Below, one piece after another: positions 37,501-51,251 of a DNA stretch of 64,000 nt (within the stretch, counting starts at the first letter, position 1; each line of letters starts with the position of its first letter). A program made the translations under genes and the position numbers. Location of the stretch: contig NW_003314280.1 of assembly GCF_000143415.4 (NCBI RefSeq), forward strand, positions 372,001 to 436,000, in the 5' to 3' direction. The notes under the pieces were generated by a model that was not told the DNA's origin, made no database searches, and saw only the letters and a program-made list of their open reading frames with translations. The stretch comes from Selaginella moellendorffii (taxonomy: Eukaryota; Plantae; Lycopodiophyta).

Positions 37501-40500
37501 TCACATGCGCTACAATGACAATCTTATCCTTCAAGGACCGGACGGACTGACAACCATGTCAACAAAAGCGACCAAATCACTGTCCAGCCAAACCGACCTA
37601 TTGACTTGGAAGAATATAATCTCGAAGATGGCCTCGACGACTATGAAGAACAACAAATTCTCAAAGCCTACCCCAATCTCGAACCTTTGGCCGAGATTGA
37701 CCTGTTTTGAATTGTCACCGACTTCCAACGAGAACAACCCCTGATTACATCAGCACTGAAAAATCCAGTCACTCAAGATACAAAACTTGAAGCGCCACCG
37801 GCATTCACAGTCGACAACCACAACAAAGTTGCCTACATTCCGTCCATTCCAGCTGACCAAAAACTCAAAAAAGTCAGCCTTGCTGATGATGGCAATAAAC
37901 ACTATATTGTACTTGCCACCGACACCTCGGCAAGTTTTTGAGACAAAGGCATCAATCTTCTCCGAAAGAAGAAACACTTGTTCGCTTGGAGTTATCAAGA
38001 CCTTAAGGGAGTTTTGCCAAAACTCAGCCTTCACACCATCACCCTTCTTCCAGACTCAAAACCAAGAAGACAAGCAGCCTACGGGATGAATCCAAATCTG
38101 ATGGAACAAGTAAAGAAAGAACTTGACAAGCTTCTCCAAGTCGAGTACATCTACCTGATTGAGAATCCGATATGGCTTTCACCACTAGTGGTTGTGCTGA
38201 AGAAAAATGGCAAACTTTGAATCTGCGTCAACTATAAACAGCTCAACGACGCCACCAAAAACGATGTCTTCCCGACCATTTACCGATGAAGTTCTTAACG
38301 CAGTTGCCGGACATGAGATGTACTCCTTCCTCGATGGTTTCTCCGGCTACAACCAAATTCACATCGCCAAAGAAGATTAGCACAAGACAGCATTCATCAG
38401 TCCATGGGGAGCCTATTCTTACTGACGAATGCCTTTTGGACTCTGCAACGCCCCATTCACCTTCCAAAGGCTCGTCACCAACACTTTCCGAGACTACCTC
38501 ACCGACTTCATGAGAGTCTTCATGGACAACTTCAGCGTTTTCAGCTCGGAAGATCGACATCTTGAATGCCTGAAGAAATGCCTCAACAAGTGCGAGGAGA
38601 ATAACATAGCACTCAACCCTGACAAATGCACTTTCTTCGTCAAATCTGGAGTACTTCTCGGCCACGTTGTCTGCAAAGATGGCATTCTCATCAACAAGGA
38701 CAAAGTCGACGTCATCTCCAAACTTGAACTGCCAAAGAATCAGAAAGAACTTCGGCACTTCCTCGGCAAAGTCGGATATCACTGACGATTCATCCACAAG
38801 TACGCTCACATCACCAAACCACTCACCGATGGACTGAAACAAGATGCCCAATGGACATGGACGTCTGAACAGCAACAAGCATTCGACAATATCCAACTCA
38901 AACTAACAATAGCACCGATCTTTGCCAAGCCCGACTGGACACAAGAGTTCCATATTCATGTTGACACTTCCGACGTCGCCACTGGTGCAATTCTCAGCCA
39001 AACTCAACATGACAACCGAGATCAACCGATCTACTACGCCAGCCGACTACTCAACCCAGCTGAATGAAATTAAACCACCACCAAGAAAGAAGCTCTCAGC
39101 ATAATCTACTCACTTCAAAAGTTCCGACACTACATACTGTCAACCAAAGTCATCCTTTTCGTCGACCACAAGGCACTCCTTTACCTCATCAACAAGCCGA
39201 TACTATCTGGCAAACCCGGCAAAAATCACGAGCAAGCAGACTATCTCAGCCGGATCACCACCAGCAACAAACCCGAAAGACTTACTGACGACTTACCTGA
39301 CTCAAACCTATTCCGAGTTTCAATACCAGCAACCTGGCTCGACGACATCTTCAGTTACCTGAACTCAGCAAAAGTTCCAGATCAGTACACTACCTCCGAC
39401 CAAAAGAAGACTTTTGTTGCTAAAACCCAACGATACTCAATCATTGAAGGCACTCTCTACAAACTCGGAATTGACAAAATTCTTCGCTGATGCATCAAGC
39501 AGCCACACACAACTCAAATCATCAAGGAAGCTCACGATGGACCTTCTGGCAGACACTTTGCCGCTGACACAACCACTCGGAAGATTCTTCAAGCCGGCCT
39601 CTGGTGGCCGACACTCTGGCATGACACTGAAGAATTCTGCAAACGCTGCGACACATGTCAAAGACACCGATTACCACCGAAAACTCAGACTCAACAACTC
39701 AACCCAACATTCCCAATGGCACCATTTCAGAAATGGGGACTCGACTTCGTCGGACCCCAAGTCAGCACCCGTCGACGAAATCAGTACATCATCGTCGCCA
39801 CCGATTACACTACCAAGTGGGCTGAAGCAATACCTCTCCAACATGCCACAGCAAAAGCAACAGCAACCTTCATCTACGAAAATATCATCACTCGTTTCGG
39901 CACACCACTTGAACTTGTCACCGATAGAGGCACCCACTTCATCAACCAAACCATCGAACATCTCGCCACCGAGTTCAAACTCCGACATAAAACGTCGACA
40001 CCATACTATCCTCAAGGCAACGGTCAAGCAGAAGCAACGAACAAAACACTGAAGACCATCCTCAAAAAAGTCATCAACGATTCCGGCAAAGACTGGGACG
40101 ACAAACTTCTCGACGTACTTTGGGCCTATCAAACTGCATATAAAGTCACCATCGACATGATGCCATTCAAGCTCGCCTTCGGAACAGAAGCCATCACGCC
40201 AATCGAATTCATTGTCCCAAGCATGCGAGTCACCGTCAAGTATAATCTCGACACCCGACATGCAGTTCGAGAAAGGCTTCAACAACTCGAACATCTCAAC
40301 GAACTCCAACTCAATGCCCTCTGGACACTTCACGCCATCCAAAAATAGAGAAAAGCTCAGCACGACCGACAAGCATCCCGGCATAACATTCCCAAATACA
40401 GCATCGACGATCATGTTCTCTGGTACCGAGGACCCATTGGCAAACTTGGCTGAAAACTCCACACCAACTGGCAAGGACCTTTCAAAATCATTGAACTATA

Positions 40501-40530
40501 CCCCAACGGCACCGCCAAAGTCAGCACACT
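34600..40530 (+). pseudogene. pol: gag-pol of element C (Gag, 2x CCHC, PR, RT, RNase H, integrase), disrupted
   Basis: CTKCKNGHLASDC/CQICTKEGHDAKAC; PR AIIDGGSSVNII...SILLGRPWL; RT PIWLSPLVVVLKKNGKL, MPFGLCNAPFTFQR, VFMDNF; integrase KWGLDFVGP...LVTDRGTHF...GNGQAEATNK and WQGPF. Several CGA>TGA and CAG>TAG type stops and a TRIM insertion. Confidence 0.93.
36841..37514 (-). mobile_element. Complete 674-bp TRIM with 162-bp LTRs, TSD ATGAC
   Basis: LTRs 36841-37002 and 37353-37514, near-identical, TG..CA. PBS TGGTATCAGAGC (minus, 37339-37350); PPT next to 37002; ATGAC at 36836-36840 and 37515-37519. No coding capacity. Confidence 0.96.
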
Positions 40531-40990
40531 CGCTGAAGACTTCACTGAGATCGTCAACTTCAACAAGCTTCGACCATATCACATCAACATGTTCAGCATC
40601 AGCACATCAGCAAATTTCCGACCCAAACCAATAAACACCCCAAAACCAACAATCGACAATAACCCCGGCAGACAAACTTTAACTCAAATCAGTTCAACAC
40701 AACTCAACTCAACTCAACACGAACTCATCCACCAACTTCAGCAACAAACAGCAGCAAAAATCTCTAAGTCCCAAACTACCATTGGATCAATGCCACCTAA
40801 GCAAATATCAACAGTTGAACTTTGAGTTAACTTCATCACCAATATCCACCATTGATTTGCAATCAAGCCAAATCAAACCACATCAATTCCGTCAACAAAT
40901 CTCTACCGTTCATCACCAGCAATCGAGCGCCACACGATCAGCCAACCAACAGTTACAGGTTTCAAGAACCCTAACGGGGCGAGCACTTCG

Positions 40991-42950
40991 ATGGCAGAAA
41001 ATGAAGAGAAAGATGCTAGCTCATCCACCCTGGCGCCTCAGATACATCATACACCATATTCCTAGGCTTCCCAGCAACGACACAACCACCTGGCTCAAGG
41101 ACCATGGATTTGAGCTCCTCCACAAGGCCTTTTCAACACACCCAGACCAAAAACTGGTGAGGAAACTGGCTGCCTCCTTCAACCCAAGAACAGCACCATA
41201 ACCGACGGCACCAACGAGATCACCCTCAGCCCAGCAAGAATCGCCTCTGTTTTCAAAATCTCCAACAAGGGACTGCTCAAATTTTCAGGAGAAGTTCCAC
41301 AGCAAATCATCAAGGCCAATCGAGAAATTACCGGTGAGCTCACATGGGAGGACATCGAGGAGCAGCATATGGATCGCCTCAAAGCCCTCCTCCTCTACTA
41401 CAAACTTCACCCAACAGATCACACCATCGGCAAGTGCACAGCAGAAGTATGGAGCTCTACTCGACGGCAAACGTGTGAATGTGGCTCATCATCTCCACGA
41501 GCTCCTTCTCAAGCTTCTCGACCGCACCATCCTCACCACACTCAACCAGAAGACCATGCAGACAGTAATCTTCCCAATGCTGATCACTCTACACCAAGCT
41601 CTTCCCAACAAGCAACCGTGGACAACCCAAACGAACTCCACAGAACAAAGCGACAGCTCTGAAGAACACTCAGAATCAGAAGGAGCAACTCCCAGCAAAA
41701 AACTGAAGCCAGAATCTCAACAATCAGGCTCAACTCACTCCAACAACACCAGCTCCAGCAACAAACACTCCAATGATTCAACTCCACTTTGCCGCCACCT
41801 CACACACAAAACACCAGTGAATCCAGCTGCAAAACCGCTGATCCAAGAGCACCTCGTCATCAGCGACAATGAAGACAACTCACACCACCATCCACACTCA
41901 CCCCAAAGCCCACATCCACTCAAATCAGCCCCAAAACCGACAACTTCTCACAAACACATCAACATTGCCAAAGAAAAAACGTCAGCTGCTCGCCCAGAAC
42001 TTAGTTTCTCTACCAGCTGAGAACAACATTCTCACCGCCCCGACCTCCTCGACACGTTCCACAAAAGAAAACATTCACTACCTTTGCCAATCACTTGAAG
42101 AACACGCAACCATACCTCCTCCAGCAAATACCATGAACAGCATTAACAAAAATTCCGCCCCTTCAACAAAATTCCAAGCAAAAAATTTCCCAACGGATAA
42201 ATTAATTTCAGCGCCGTTCATCCACCATCAAACTGAAAAGCTCATGTCCAACCACCTCAAAGAATCTGGACAGACCACGTCACCCACATCCAATGAAGCA
42301 GATTCAGCCTCCAGCAACTTCAACTCCTAGGACCAAGAACACAGCGAACCCTAGCAAGAACCACCAGGATCACGGAGCAGGAGCAGCAGCAGCAGCCATG
42401 CCTCAGCCACAGAGTCAGGTACGCCATGATTATGACGAAATCAGGAAGGAATACAAAGATAAACTCCGCGACCCAAGCTATTGCACCCGCAAGTTGTTTG
42501 AAGCCCTCGATTAACGCATGCACTGCGAGCAAGCAAACCACTTCCCAACACCAGCCGACATCGTACAGCATCTTCTCAAGCAAGACTCCTTCATATACAC
42601 CTGGGGAGCTATCAAGAAGGAGTTCTATGAGCCTTTAAACCACCGGCTGGATACTCAGCTCGAAGAGATGAAGCAGGTACGCACTGACCTCCAGGACATC
42701 AGGAAGATCATCAACAAGCAGCCATCAACCCCATCAGCAGCTCATGAATTCACCTACAAATTCAAATATGAAGAGCTCAACACCCGCTACCGGAAGCTCG
42801 AGGATGATCATACCGCCCTCCTGGCTGAGGTAGCCGACCTACAGGAAGATGGAACAGATCCACTAGATAGTGTCCCCAACCACGAGCTTACACTCCCACA
42901 GCAAAAATGTCGCCTCTATCGACTGGAGCAATAGCAACAACAAGCGATGG
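40991..42950 (+). pseudogene. Extra sense-strand ORF(s) 3' of integrase in element C, frameshifted
   Basis: Chain of overlapping ORFs (40782-41201, 41334-42020, 42293-42514, 42518-42934) with element-like base composition and a coiled-coil-like C terminus. Continues a few codons after the D insertion up to the PPT. Confidence 0.6.
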
Positions 42951-45900
42951 TGTCGCAAATGTGACTTCAGGTATCGAAAGTTACCTGTCGGCTAGTCCTT
43001 ACAGACACTCTTACCTTACTGCCACGATGGCAGGAGGTTGGTATTGCTGGACCCGTTATCAGTTTCCCACTTGAGCTAGTTGAGAAACTGATCAATGACC
43101 ATGCACTTAGATTGGATAAACATAAGGTAGGAACCCTATGTGTTTCTTGCTGAGCATACTGGGCCTGGTTTGAGAAACTTGAGTCATTGGCTTGCACTTG
43201 CTAGTATCAAGAACCCCCGCGATATTGAGATTGGTCCCTCAACATTGCTAGATGATAGCTTACCGTGTCTGCCAAACACCCTCGCTATCATGCCCTTTGT
43301 GTTAGTCTTAATTCGTCCCAGATGCTATTTATGGAAAGTGTCCAGATTTGCTCATTTGGCATATCTACGAAATGTAGAGATCGTCCTGAACACAATGGTG
43401 TTCATCTCGTGTCCAAATTCGCAATCTAGGGACATTCCATATTTAGTAAGTTTTGAGCTTGTCCCAGAGACTAACTCCTGATACTAAGGGAGGCTTGGGG
43501 TGAAAGCCCAAAGCGTGTGTTCCTCAAGAGGGGGGGGGGGGCTGTGGGGGGTTCCAAATGTATAGTAGGGATAGTGGGTAGGTCGGGCATGGCCGACCAA
43601 CTTGAGGCATAGTCTAGCTCCCGCTTGCGTGCCTGTCCTTGTTCTGCGTCCGGCTTGGGTCTAAGCCCAAGTTCCATTCCATGCTAGCTGGTGGAGTACC
43701 TATATCCTCACGTTAGGCCACCGGTATGCTGAAATAGCACCAGACTCCATTTGGCTCCGTTTTGCGTGCTGGTCCTGGCATTGGGATGCTGGTTGCTCCA
43801 GGACTGTTCCAAGTCACTCCGGGCCCCTGTCCCTTCGCTCCTTGGGCTGTATGCTCGGGAGTTGCTCCGTGGTTCGGTTCCATCATTCCTTGGCTCTATG
43901 CTTGGGAGTTTGGCACCGTTCGTTCGTTCAGTGGCCCAAGGCCCTGAACCTCAGGTTCCTATGGACACGTGGCATGGACATGTGGCATGTGACACATGGC
44001 ATCTGTCACGTGGCACAAAGAGGGTTTAGGTTCCGCTTCGTGGTGTTATCCTATGGTAAATCACCATAGGATAAAGGGTCAAAACCACGTGCGCTACATT
44101 TGGTATCAGAGAATGAGTCTCAGCGAGTACTATTCAGTGAGATTGGGCAACTAGTCTCGTTGCATACGCAGAGATGAAAACGATGATCCGAGTGGGTACA
44201 TGTTTTGGTGCAAAGACTTCGCAATCGTTCCTTGGGTATGGATTTGGTTACCTTCTTGTTCCATATTATGTGAGCTTGCTCTTGGGCTCATAGGGTGGAC
44301 TAAGTTGTTCCGGTTGCACGAGTTTGCGCTTGGGCTCGTGAGTGAGGCACATTAGCAACTCAAGGTTACACTTTGAGTTGGCAGGATTAATGTTAGCCTA
44401 TCGGTGGTTCCATGAGTTGTTCCATGTACCATGGGTGAAAGTAAACTTTCCCTGGGTTTGCTGTGAGTGGCAAATAGGCTGGTCCGTAGCTGTTTAGCAC
44501 GGAACTAGTGGATCTTTCCTAGGCATGATTATAAGTGGATCAATCAAGACTATAGGGATTAGTCTATTGGTTCAAGTAGTCATGGCCGTGCTCTTTTATA
44601 AACTTTTCTTCGATTGAACTGAAGGCAGTGCGAAAGCAAGCTTGAGGTTTGGTCAAAGATGAGACCGAAAAGAGAGTCATCGGGGACAAAGGATCAAATA
44701 CGTAAATCATTTTCTCTTCTTGGAGAGATGATTTGCAATGAGGTGTTAACTTATTGCTTGTGTTCATATCATGCAATCAAGAGTCCCTATCTTGATGCAT
44801 GTTGGAGATGGTGGTCTTACAATGGTGAGTTGTGGGATGGATAGAGGTGAAATGCTATACCATTTTGTTTAAGCTTGCTATTGGAAGACTTGGGTTGCAA
44901 TGCTCAATTCTTTTCTGGGGAACCTTGCTATTGCTCCTTGTGTAGCTTGGTGTTGGATTAGTTTTGAGATTGGTCAGAAAGAGAGTGGCATGAGCTTGTC
45001 TGTGATGTGAACAAAAGTTAGTGGTGTCGGGTGTTGTAAATCTCTATCGGTGGGGTGTGGCATTTATGTTGCATTTTATCGAATCGAGTTGACACTTGAT
45101 ATTCACATAAACCTTTGAAGTAATGACATAGGCATTGGTCATAGTGTTGCTTGATTGATGATCAAGTCATTGTGATTTATATCATATCCATGTGATAATG
45201 AGCAATGTGTTTACGAAGTTGCTTGGTTAAATGATGATCAACCCCAAAGTGGTTGATGGAGAAGCTAGTCTACTTGCACAAAATAGCATTGTAGTAGCTT
45301 TGACTGGATTCTCAATGGTAGTCCATTATGCTAAGCTTAAGTTGGTACCTTTGTTTCCTTGAGTTTGCCCATTAGGTGTTGGAAAAGGGTTATAGCATTC
45401 ATTTGCTATGGCTTGTTGGTTGATCTGTTAACATTTGGAGTAGATTGTTGGATGGAGAAGATGTGTAGTTGGGGCATTGACATCACTAGCACTTGTGTTA
45501 GTGAAGGTGGTATTGTTATTTCAAGTGATGAGGAATTTTCCTTGGACCTTGATTTTCCATGTCATTTTTCTTGTTAATGTTTTGGCTTCACATTGGATCT
45601 TGAAGGTGATTGAAGAAGAGTGTTAATGCAATGTGGATATCCGAAGATGTGGTCTTTGTGATCAAGCCTTGGGTGTTCACTTTGCACTTTGGGGATGTTG
45701 GTTATATGGGCAAAGATGTTCTATACTTAAGCATATTCTTGGATCATGAGAATTTGTGTTGAGGTGAACCTATGTGAAGTTGTTGGTAGGAGGAAGTTGA
45801 TTGAGTCTTGAAAGTTTTCAATCCTGGACTGAGAGTCATTCTTTCTCTAGGATGGAAATTTTCCACAAATTTTCTTAGACTTCTCCAATGGCTGATCTAT

Positions 45901-48900
45901 TGATCACTTTGCCGAAAACCATTCCGTTTTTGTAAGCCAATACAAACTAGTGAAGAGGTTGGAGTTGACTTCGGTTGGCTTAGATCTTAGTAGGTAGTTT
46001 GTATGATGCGGCCCGAAAGGGATGCTGACTTTTAGGGCTAAAGCAATTGGGTTGGATAGAGTCTGGAGTTGATGTAGAAAAGTGGCCGTTGCGCTTTTCT
46101 AAGAAAGGTGACATTTGTGCCTTTCTTTTGTAGCGTTGTGCTTGGTGGCAGTTTGCATCTTGCATTTCGTTAGACTCTATGAGAGTAGTGAGCTCTCACT
46201 GATCTTGACTTAGTCTTGGTAGCACTGTGCCTTGGCTGAAGATGGTGATGTCCAACTTGGTTGTTTAGGGTTAAGATGTTGGTACCTGTACTATAGCTTT
46301 GTCTATGAGGAGGTTGTGTACCGATATGAGTCCATCTCATGGTCTTCACTTTAGTTTTGACTGAGTGTTAATCACATAGCTAGCCTCTTCAAGGCATGCT
46401 CAGAGCTATTGACTAAATGATTAGTGAGCTTATTGCGGTTGAGTTGGATTCGAGTGGTCATTTAGTTTGTGCTTGTCTATGAACTTTTATCTCGTCCCTG
46501 GGGTATTGTGTTCATGTTGGATAAGTATGTAACTCGATGACATAAGTTAGTGTTCGGGTCTTGTGAAGGCAAGTTGAAGGGTGATTGTTAGTTGCTTTGC
46601 AACTAGTGATTACTAGTAGACTTTGTCAAAAGACTGTTGATACTTTCTTTGCTCGATAATGATTTAGCAGTGATGAGCTTGCTTTACCGGATGGTGTTGC
46701 GGAGGATCGTGTCGTTAGACTTGCATAGGTTTTCTATGTTAGTATATCGATTCTATCTCTGTCGATATCATTTGGTTACGTTTAGTCCGTGGTGTTGGAT
46801 TTCATTGAGTCTTGGATGTGGTGATTCACTCTTTGATGAAATGTTATCTGTAACTGAGTATTGCTGAAGGATTGGTCTCGGATACTAAGTATAGTATCTT
46901 CGACTTTGGTTAGCTTGGTTGCTAGAAAGCTCCGAGTGGTGATTCACTCTTGCTTTCTTCTAGCTTTGTCCTGATGTTGATGGCATTGAAGTGATGCCTT
47001 GTCATTGATATTGTTGATATTGAGATCTGAGTGAAATGAGATATCCTTCCAAGGATTGATATTGAGTTTCATTAGTCTTGATGAATATAGTGTTGATGAT
47101 TTGGCTATAGCTTTGTGTTGTTGGCATTCGTGCATTTGCTAGTTAGCAACTGTATTGACGTTCAAATGAACTGAGTGGCAAGTTGAGTTAGTTGTGTTCT
47201 CGATGAGTTTGTTTAGTAAGGGTTGAGCTTTAAGCTTGTCCTTGAAAAGTGATTCAGTCGTGGACTATGCTCACTCTACAAGCGAAAGAGTTAGTGATCA
47301 ATATTGGAAAGTTTGAATCCTTATTGGGTTTGAATTGGAATATATTGATCATTGATGATTCCCCTTGTGCTTGTTACGATGTGAGCTACGTCTTGCTATA
47401 GATGGATTCATGGAGGATCGATTAGATGATCACTTGTTGAGTATAACTTCGTTATGCTTGGCTTTTGGATTGATGCAGACATGCTCTTCATTAGCTTTTG
47501 CATTATGAAGTTTAGCTTATGGATGTATTGAAGGGGATATTGTGGTTCTACCATGATTTCTTCTTTAGCATTGAAGTTAGTTCGTGCAAAACTTGTGATC
47601 ATTATTACGCAAGACTTAGCTATAGGCTTCTTCGAACTTTTGGTTCCTTGAGTTTTCATGCTCATTGTTCCATTTGTTAAAAGTTGTTGGGGAACGCATT
47701 TTGGCTCATTAGCTTCGATGTTGAAGTTGGCTTTGCATCTAGCAATCATTAGTGATGATTGACTATCATCTAGGGTAGTTGATTGTCCTTATCACAAGTT
47801 TTGCTTGATTATTGTTGGTTTGGAATTATTTGCTATTCTTCGGGATGGTAGATTCTTTCTTCAACGATGATTATACATCACTACATTGATGGGCTAATTG
47901 ACGATCTTTCATGATAGTTAGTTGTTCTCTTTGATGGCTTTTGGCTTTTCGCAATACCACATGTTCTTTGTGGTTTGCTCTAAATTGGTCTCTTGGGTTT
48001 GAGACGTCAGTAGGATGTTGCTGACACTTGCTTAGGCAACTTGAGTTCCTTGGTATTGTTGGCTGGGATCTATTCAGATTGGCTTTTGTGATAATTGGCA
48101 GGCATGAGTGTTTGTTGGTCTTACCACATTCATTCTCTTCTGTTGATTGTTGCTCGAGTTAGTTTTGATAGATTTGGATGTTATTTCCTTTGGATGATAC
48201 ATTCGCGAGCATTGTGCTTGTTAATCAATGATACTTTGTGTTCTTTGAGTTCTCTCTAGTAAGTTGTTGGCTTACTGTCTACTATCTTCAGTAGTTAAGT
48301 TTCATCATTGAGTTTCCTTGATGATATACTAGCTATTGAATTTTGTTGGATGGTCATTCCTATGTTTGCCAAATTATAATGATCTTGGTGGTTCCTATCT
48401 ACAATACTACTGGTTTATCGGATGATAACTTGCTTAGAATACTTTTGTGTTTTACTCTAAGATATAATCACTAGTAATTAAGCTTCTCAGATATCATTGT
48501 CTCTGACTTTGATATTGTCCATCTATTGATCTTTGAGTTTGGGCCAGTATAGGCAGACTGGCTTTGGCACTTCGTGTGCATGTTGAAATCTCTAGTCATG
48601 GGATAGCTACTGTCGACTGGTCATATCACCCGCCTCTCTGTCGATGTTCCTTATTTTGTTGAAAGGGCATGACCGTGTAAACAACTCTAACTGCCTGTTT
48701 ACAGTAGTCTATCTAAACCTTACCGACGGGTTTGGTTTCTTTGCTCAGGAGGGTTGGGGCCTCTAGCTTCTCTCTCTATGTCTCTGCAGGTAGGGCATAT
48801 CACACTTTTGTAGCTGGGTGACACCCAGAGCAACAAGGGTGGCTGACTCCGTTAGTCATTTCCTTGTCGATGACGGCCGGAAGGTGTCTGTGCTGGTAGC

Positions 48901-50192
48901 CCATCCGCGTTAGACAAAGAGGTTACCCCTAACTCATTTAAGTTGGTGCATTTCTCATATAGTGTGAGTACCGTGAACTTTTTCGAGAGTTGTTTCCTTG
49001 GCAGTATTCTAGACTCGAGTATGCATCGACAAGGACGTCGATCTTCCTTAGGGGGGGAGAGTGTCGCGAATGTGACTTCAGGTATCGAAAGTTACCTGTC
49101 GGCTAGTCCTTATGGACACTCTTACCTTACTGCCACGATGGCAGGAGGTCGGTATTGCTAGACCCGTTATCAGTTTCCCACTTGAGCTAGTTGAGAAACT
49201 GGTCAATGACCATGCACTTAGATTGGATAAACATAAGGTAGGAACCCTATGTGTTTCTTGCTGAGCATACTTGACCTGGTTTGAGAAACTTGAGTCATTG
49301 ACTTGCACTTGCTAGTATCAAGAACCCCCGCGATATTGAGATTGGTCCCTCAACATCGCTAGATGATAGCTTACCGTGTCTGCCAAACACCCTCGCTATC
49401 ATGCCCTTTGTGTTAGTCTTAATTCGTCCCAGATGCTATTTATGGAAAGTGTCCAGATTTGCTCATTTGGCATATCTACGGAATGTAGAGATCGTCCTAA
49501 ACACAATGGTGTTCGTCCCGTGTCCAAATTCGCAATCTAGGGACATTCCATATTTAGTAAGTTTTGAGCTTGTCCCAGAGACTAACTCCTGATACTAAGG
49601 GAGGCTTGGGGTGAAAGCCCAAAGCGTGTGTTCCTCAAGGGGGGGGGGGGGGGGGCTTGGGCCAAATGTATAGTAGGGATAGTGGGTAGGTCGGGCATGG
49701 CCGACCAACTTGAGGCATAGTCTAGCTCCCGCTTGCGTGCCTGTCCTTGTTCTGCGTCCGGCTTGGGTCTAAGCCCAAGTTCCATTCCATGCTAGCTGGT
49801 GGAGTACCTATATCCTCACGTTAGGCCACCGGTATGCTGAAATAGCGCCAAACTCCATTTGGCTCCGTTTTGCGTGCTGGTCCTGGCATTGGGATGCTGG
49901 TTGCTCCAGGACTGTTCCAAGTCACTTCGGGCCCCTGTCCCTTCGCTCCTTGGGCTGTATGCTCGGGAGTTGCTCCGTGGTTCGGTTCTATCACTCCTTG
50001 GCTCTATGCTTGGGAGTTTGGCACCGTTCGTTCGTTCAGTGGCCCAAGGCCCTGAACCTTAGGTTCCTATGGACACGTGGCATGGACATGTGGCATATGA
50101 CACGTGGCACAAAGAGGGTTTAGGTTCCGCTTCGTGGTGTTATCCTATGGTAAATCACCATAGGATAAAGGGTCAAAACCACGTGCGCTACA
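42951..50192 (+). mobile_element. Complete non-autonomous LTR element D (LARD-like), TSD GATGG
   Basis: LTRs 42951-44098 and 49062-50192; PBS TGGTATCAGAG 44101-44111; PPT GGGGGGGAGAG 49051-49061; GATGG at 42946-42950 and 50193-50197. The ~5-kb internal region has no long ORF. Confidence 0.96.
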
Positions 50193-50543
50193 GATGGAGA
50201 CTGACTATGTTCGCATCAAGGATGGTGTCTAGTTCTGTCAGGGGAGCAGAGTGTATCAACCAAAAACCCAGGCTCAGGGGACTCCGACCGAGTTGCATCG
50301 GAGCCATAGATTAAATTATGCACAGCACATAGTATATGCTAGCAATTAGAACCGCTAGCCTTTCAAAGGGGGGGAATCTGAATTGTGGATCCCTATCTCC
50401 ATTCCATCATTTTTCTTATCAATACACAACATTCTCTTACTCATGCTTCTTCTCAGCCCTTGGAGATTGGGCCCTTTTCTCTTTTGTTTTCTTATTAATA
50501 GTAGATTTTCAGCGAAGAGGAATTTTCACACCTCTTCAATAGC

Positions 50544-51250
50544 TAGTAGTGCCTTTAATATTTATTCCACGCTTTCTCCATATTTACCATAATTCTCCTA
50601 TTCTAAGCAAACATATAAGACATCATCATATGACTGAAAAGTTGTGTAGGTTTTTCCATTAGCCAAAGATGTAACATGATATTATTTAATATATGCATGT
50701 AATATTCCTTCTCGTGTTATAAAAGGACAATTGAAGTCAATTATAATTTCCTATTCATTTGAGTTGGTAGTGTTTGATTTTATGAGGCCTTTTCCATGTC
50801 GACTATTACTTGATTTGCTGAGTGAAAATTAATGTTTTTGCTAATGCATCTACAACTGCTATTAAATACTTCCTCCTCAATTAAATGGTGTTCTAGCATT
50901 TCTGTCTAGAGCAAATTCTTTCAGATAATAATTTTACATTTATGGCTGAGGCATTTCACATTTTAACATCTCAAAGAGTGTCTTCCATCCAACTCCAATA
51001 TCAAAGACATAGTGATTGAATGGTTTTGTGTGTCAAAATAATAACAAACTAAGACATTATTTTCTCTCAAAATATATAAACCTCTACAGCAACAACTAGA
51101 CTTTATCTGTATGCAAGTGAGGCAATAGCTTTAGCTCTAGCCTTACAACATGTCTAAGAGTAGCTATTGTTCTGAAGACAGCTTAATCTAACCTACAAGA
51201 GTATGAAATACCTCTTTACAACTATAGCCTCATGATCAAGTAGCTCATGG
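50544..51250 (+). pseudogene. Heavily decayed integrase remnant, probably part 3 of host element H
   Basis: FELVVFDFMRPFP-like motif near 50755-50800, SFHP-like near 50980 and ALAYN-like near 51135; position follows RNase H once element C is removed. Confidence 0.55.
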
Positions 51251-51251
51251 C

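Larger units (their letters stand above)
24207..50538 (+). mobile_element. Ty3/gypsy (non-chromovirus, Athila/Tat/Selgy-like) LTR retrotransposon C with nested insertions, TSD ATAGC
   Basis: TSD ATAGC at 24202-24206 and 50539-50543. 5' LTR split into 24207-24420 and 33846-33918; PBS TGGCGACCATGG from 33921; gag-pol; PPT AGGGGAGCAGAG; 3' LTR 50252-50538 (287 bp). Confidence 0.92.

Noticed and set aside
36841-37514. Cassandra-type TRIM with 5S rRNA in its LTRs
   Set aside because: No 5S A/C-box similarity seen in the 162-bp LTRs.
44112-49050. Protein-coding genes in the D internal region
   Set aside because: Only short ORFs, not preserved between D copies; at most faint decayed pol traces that I cannot support.
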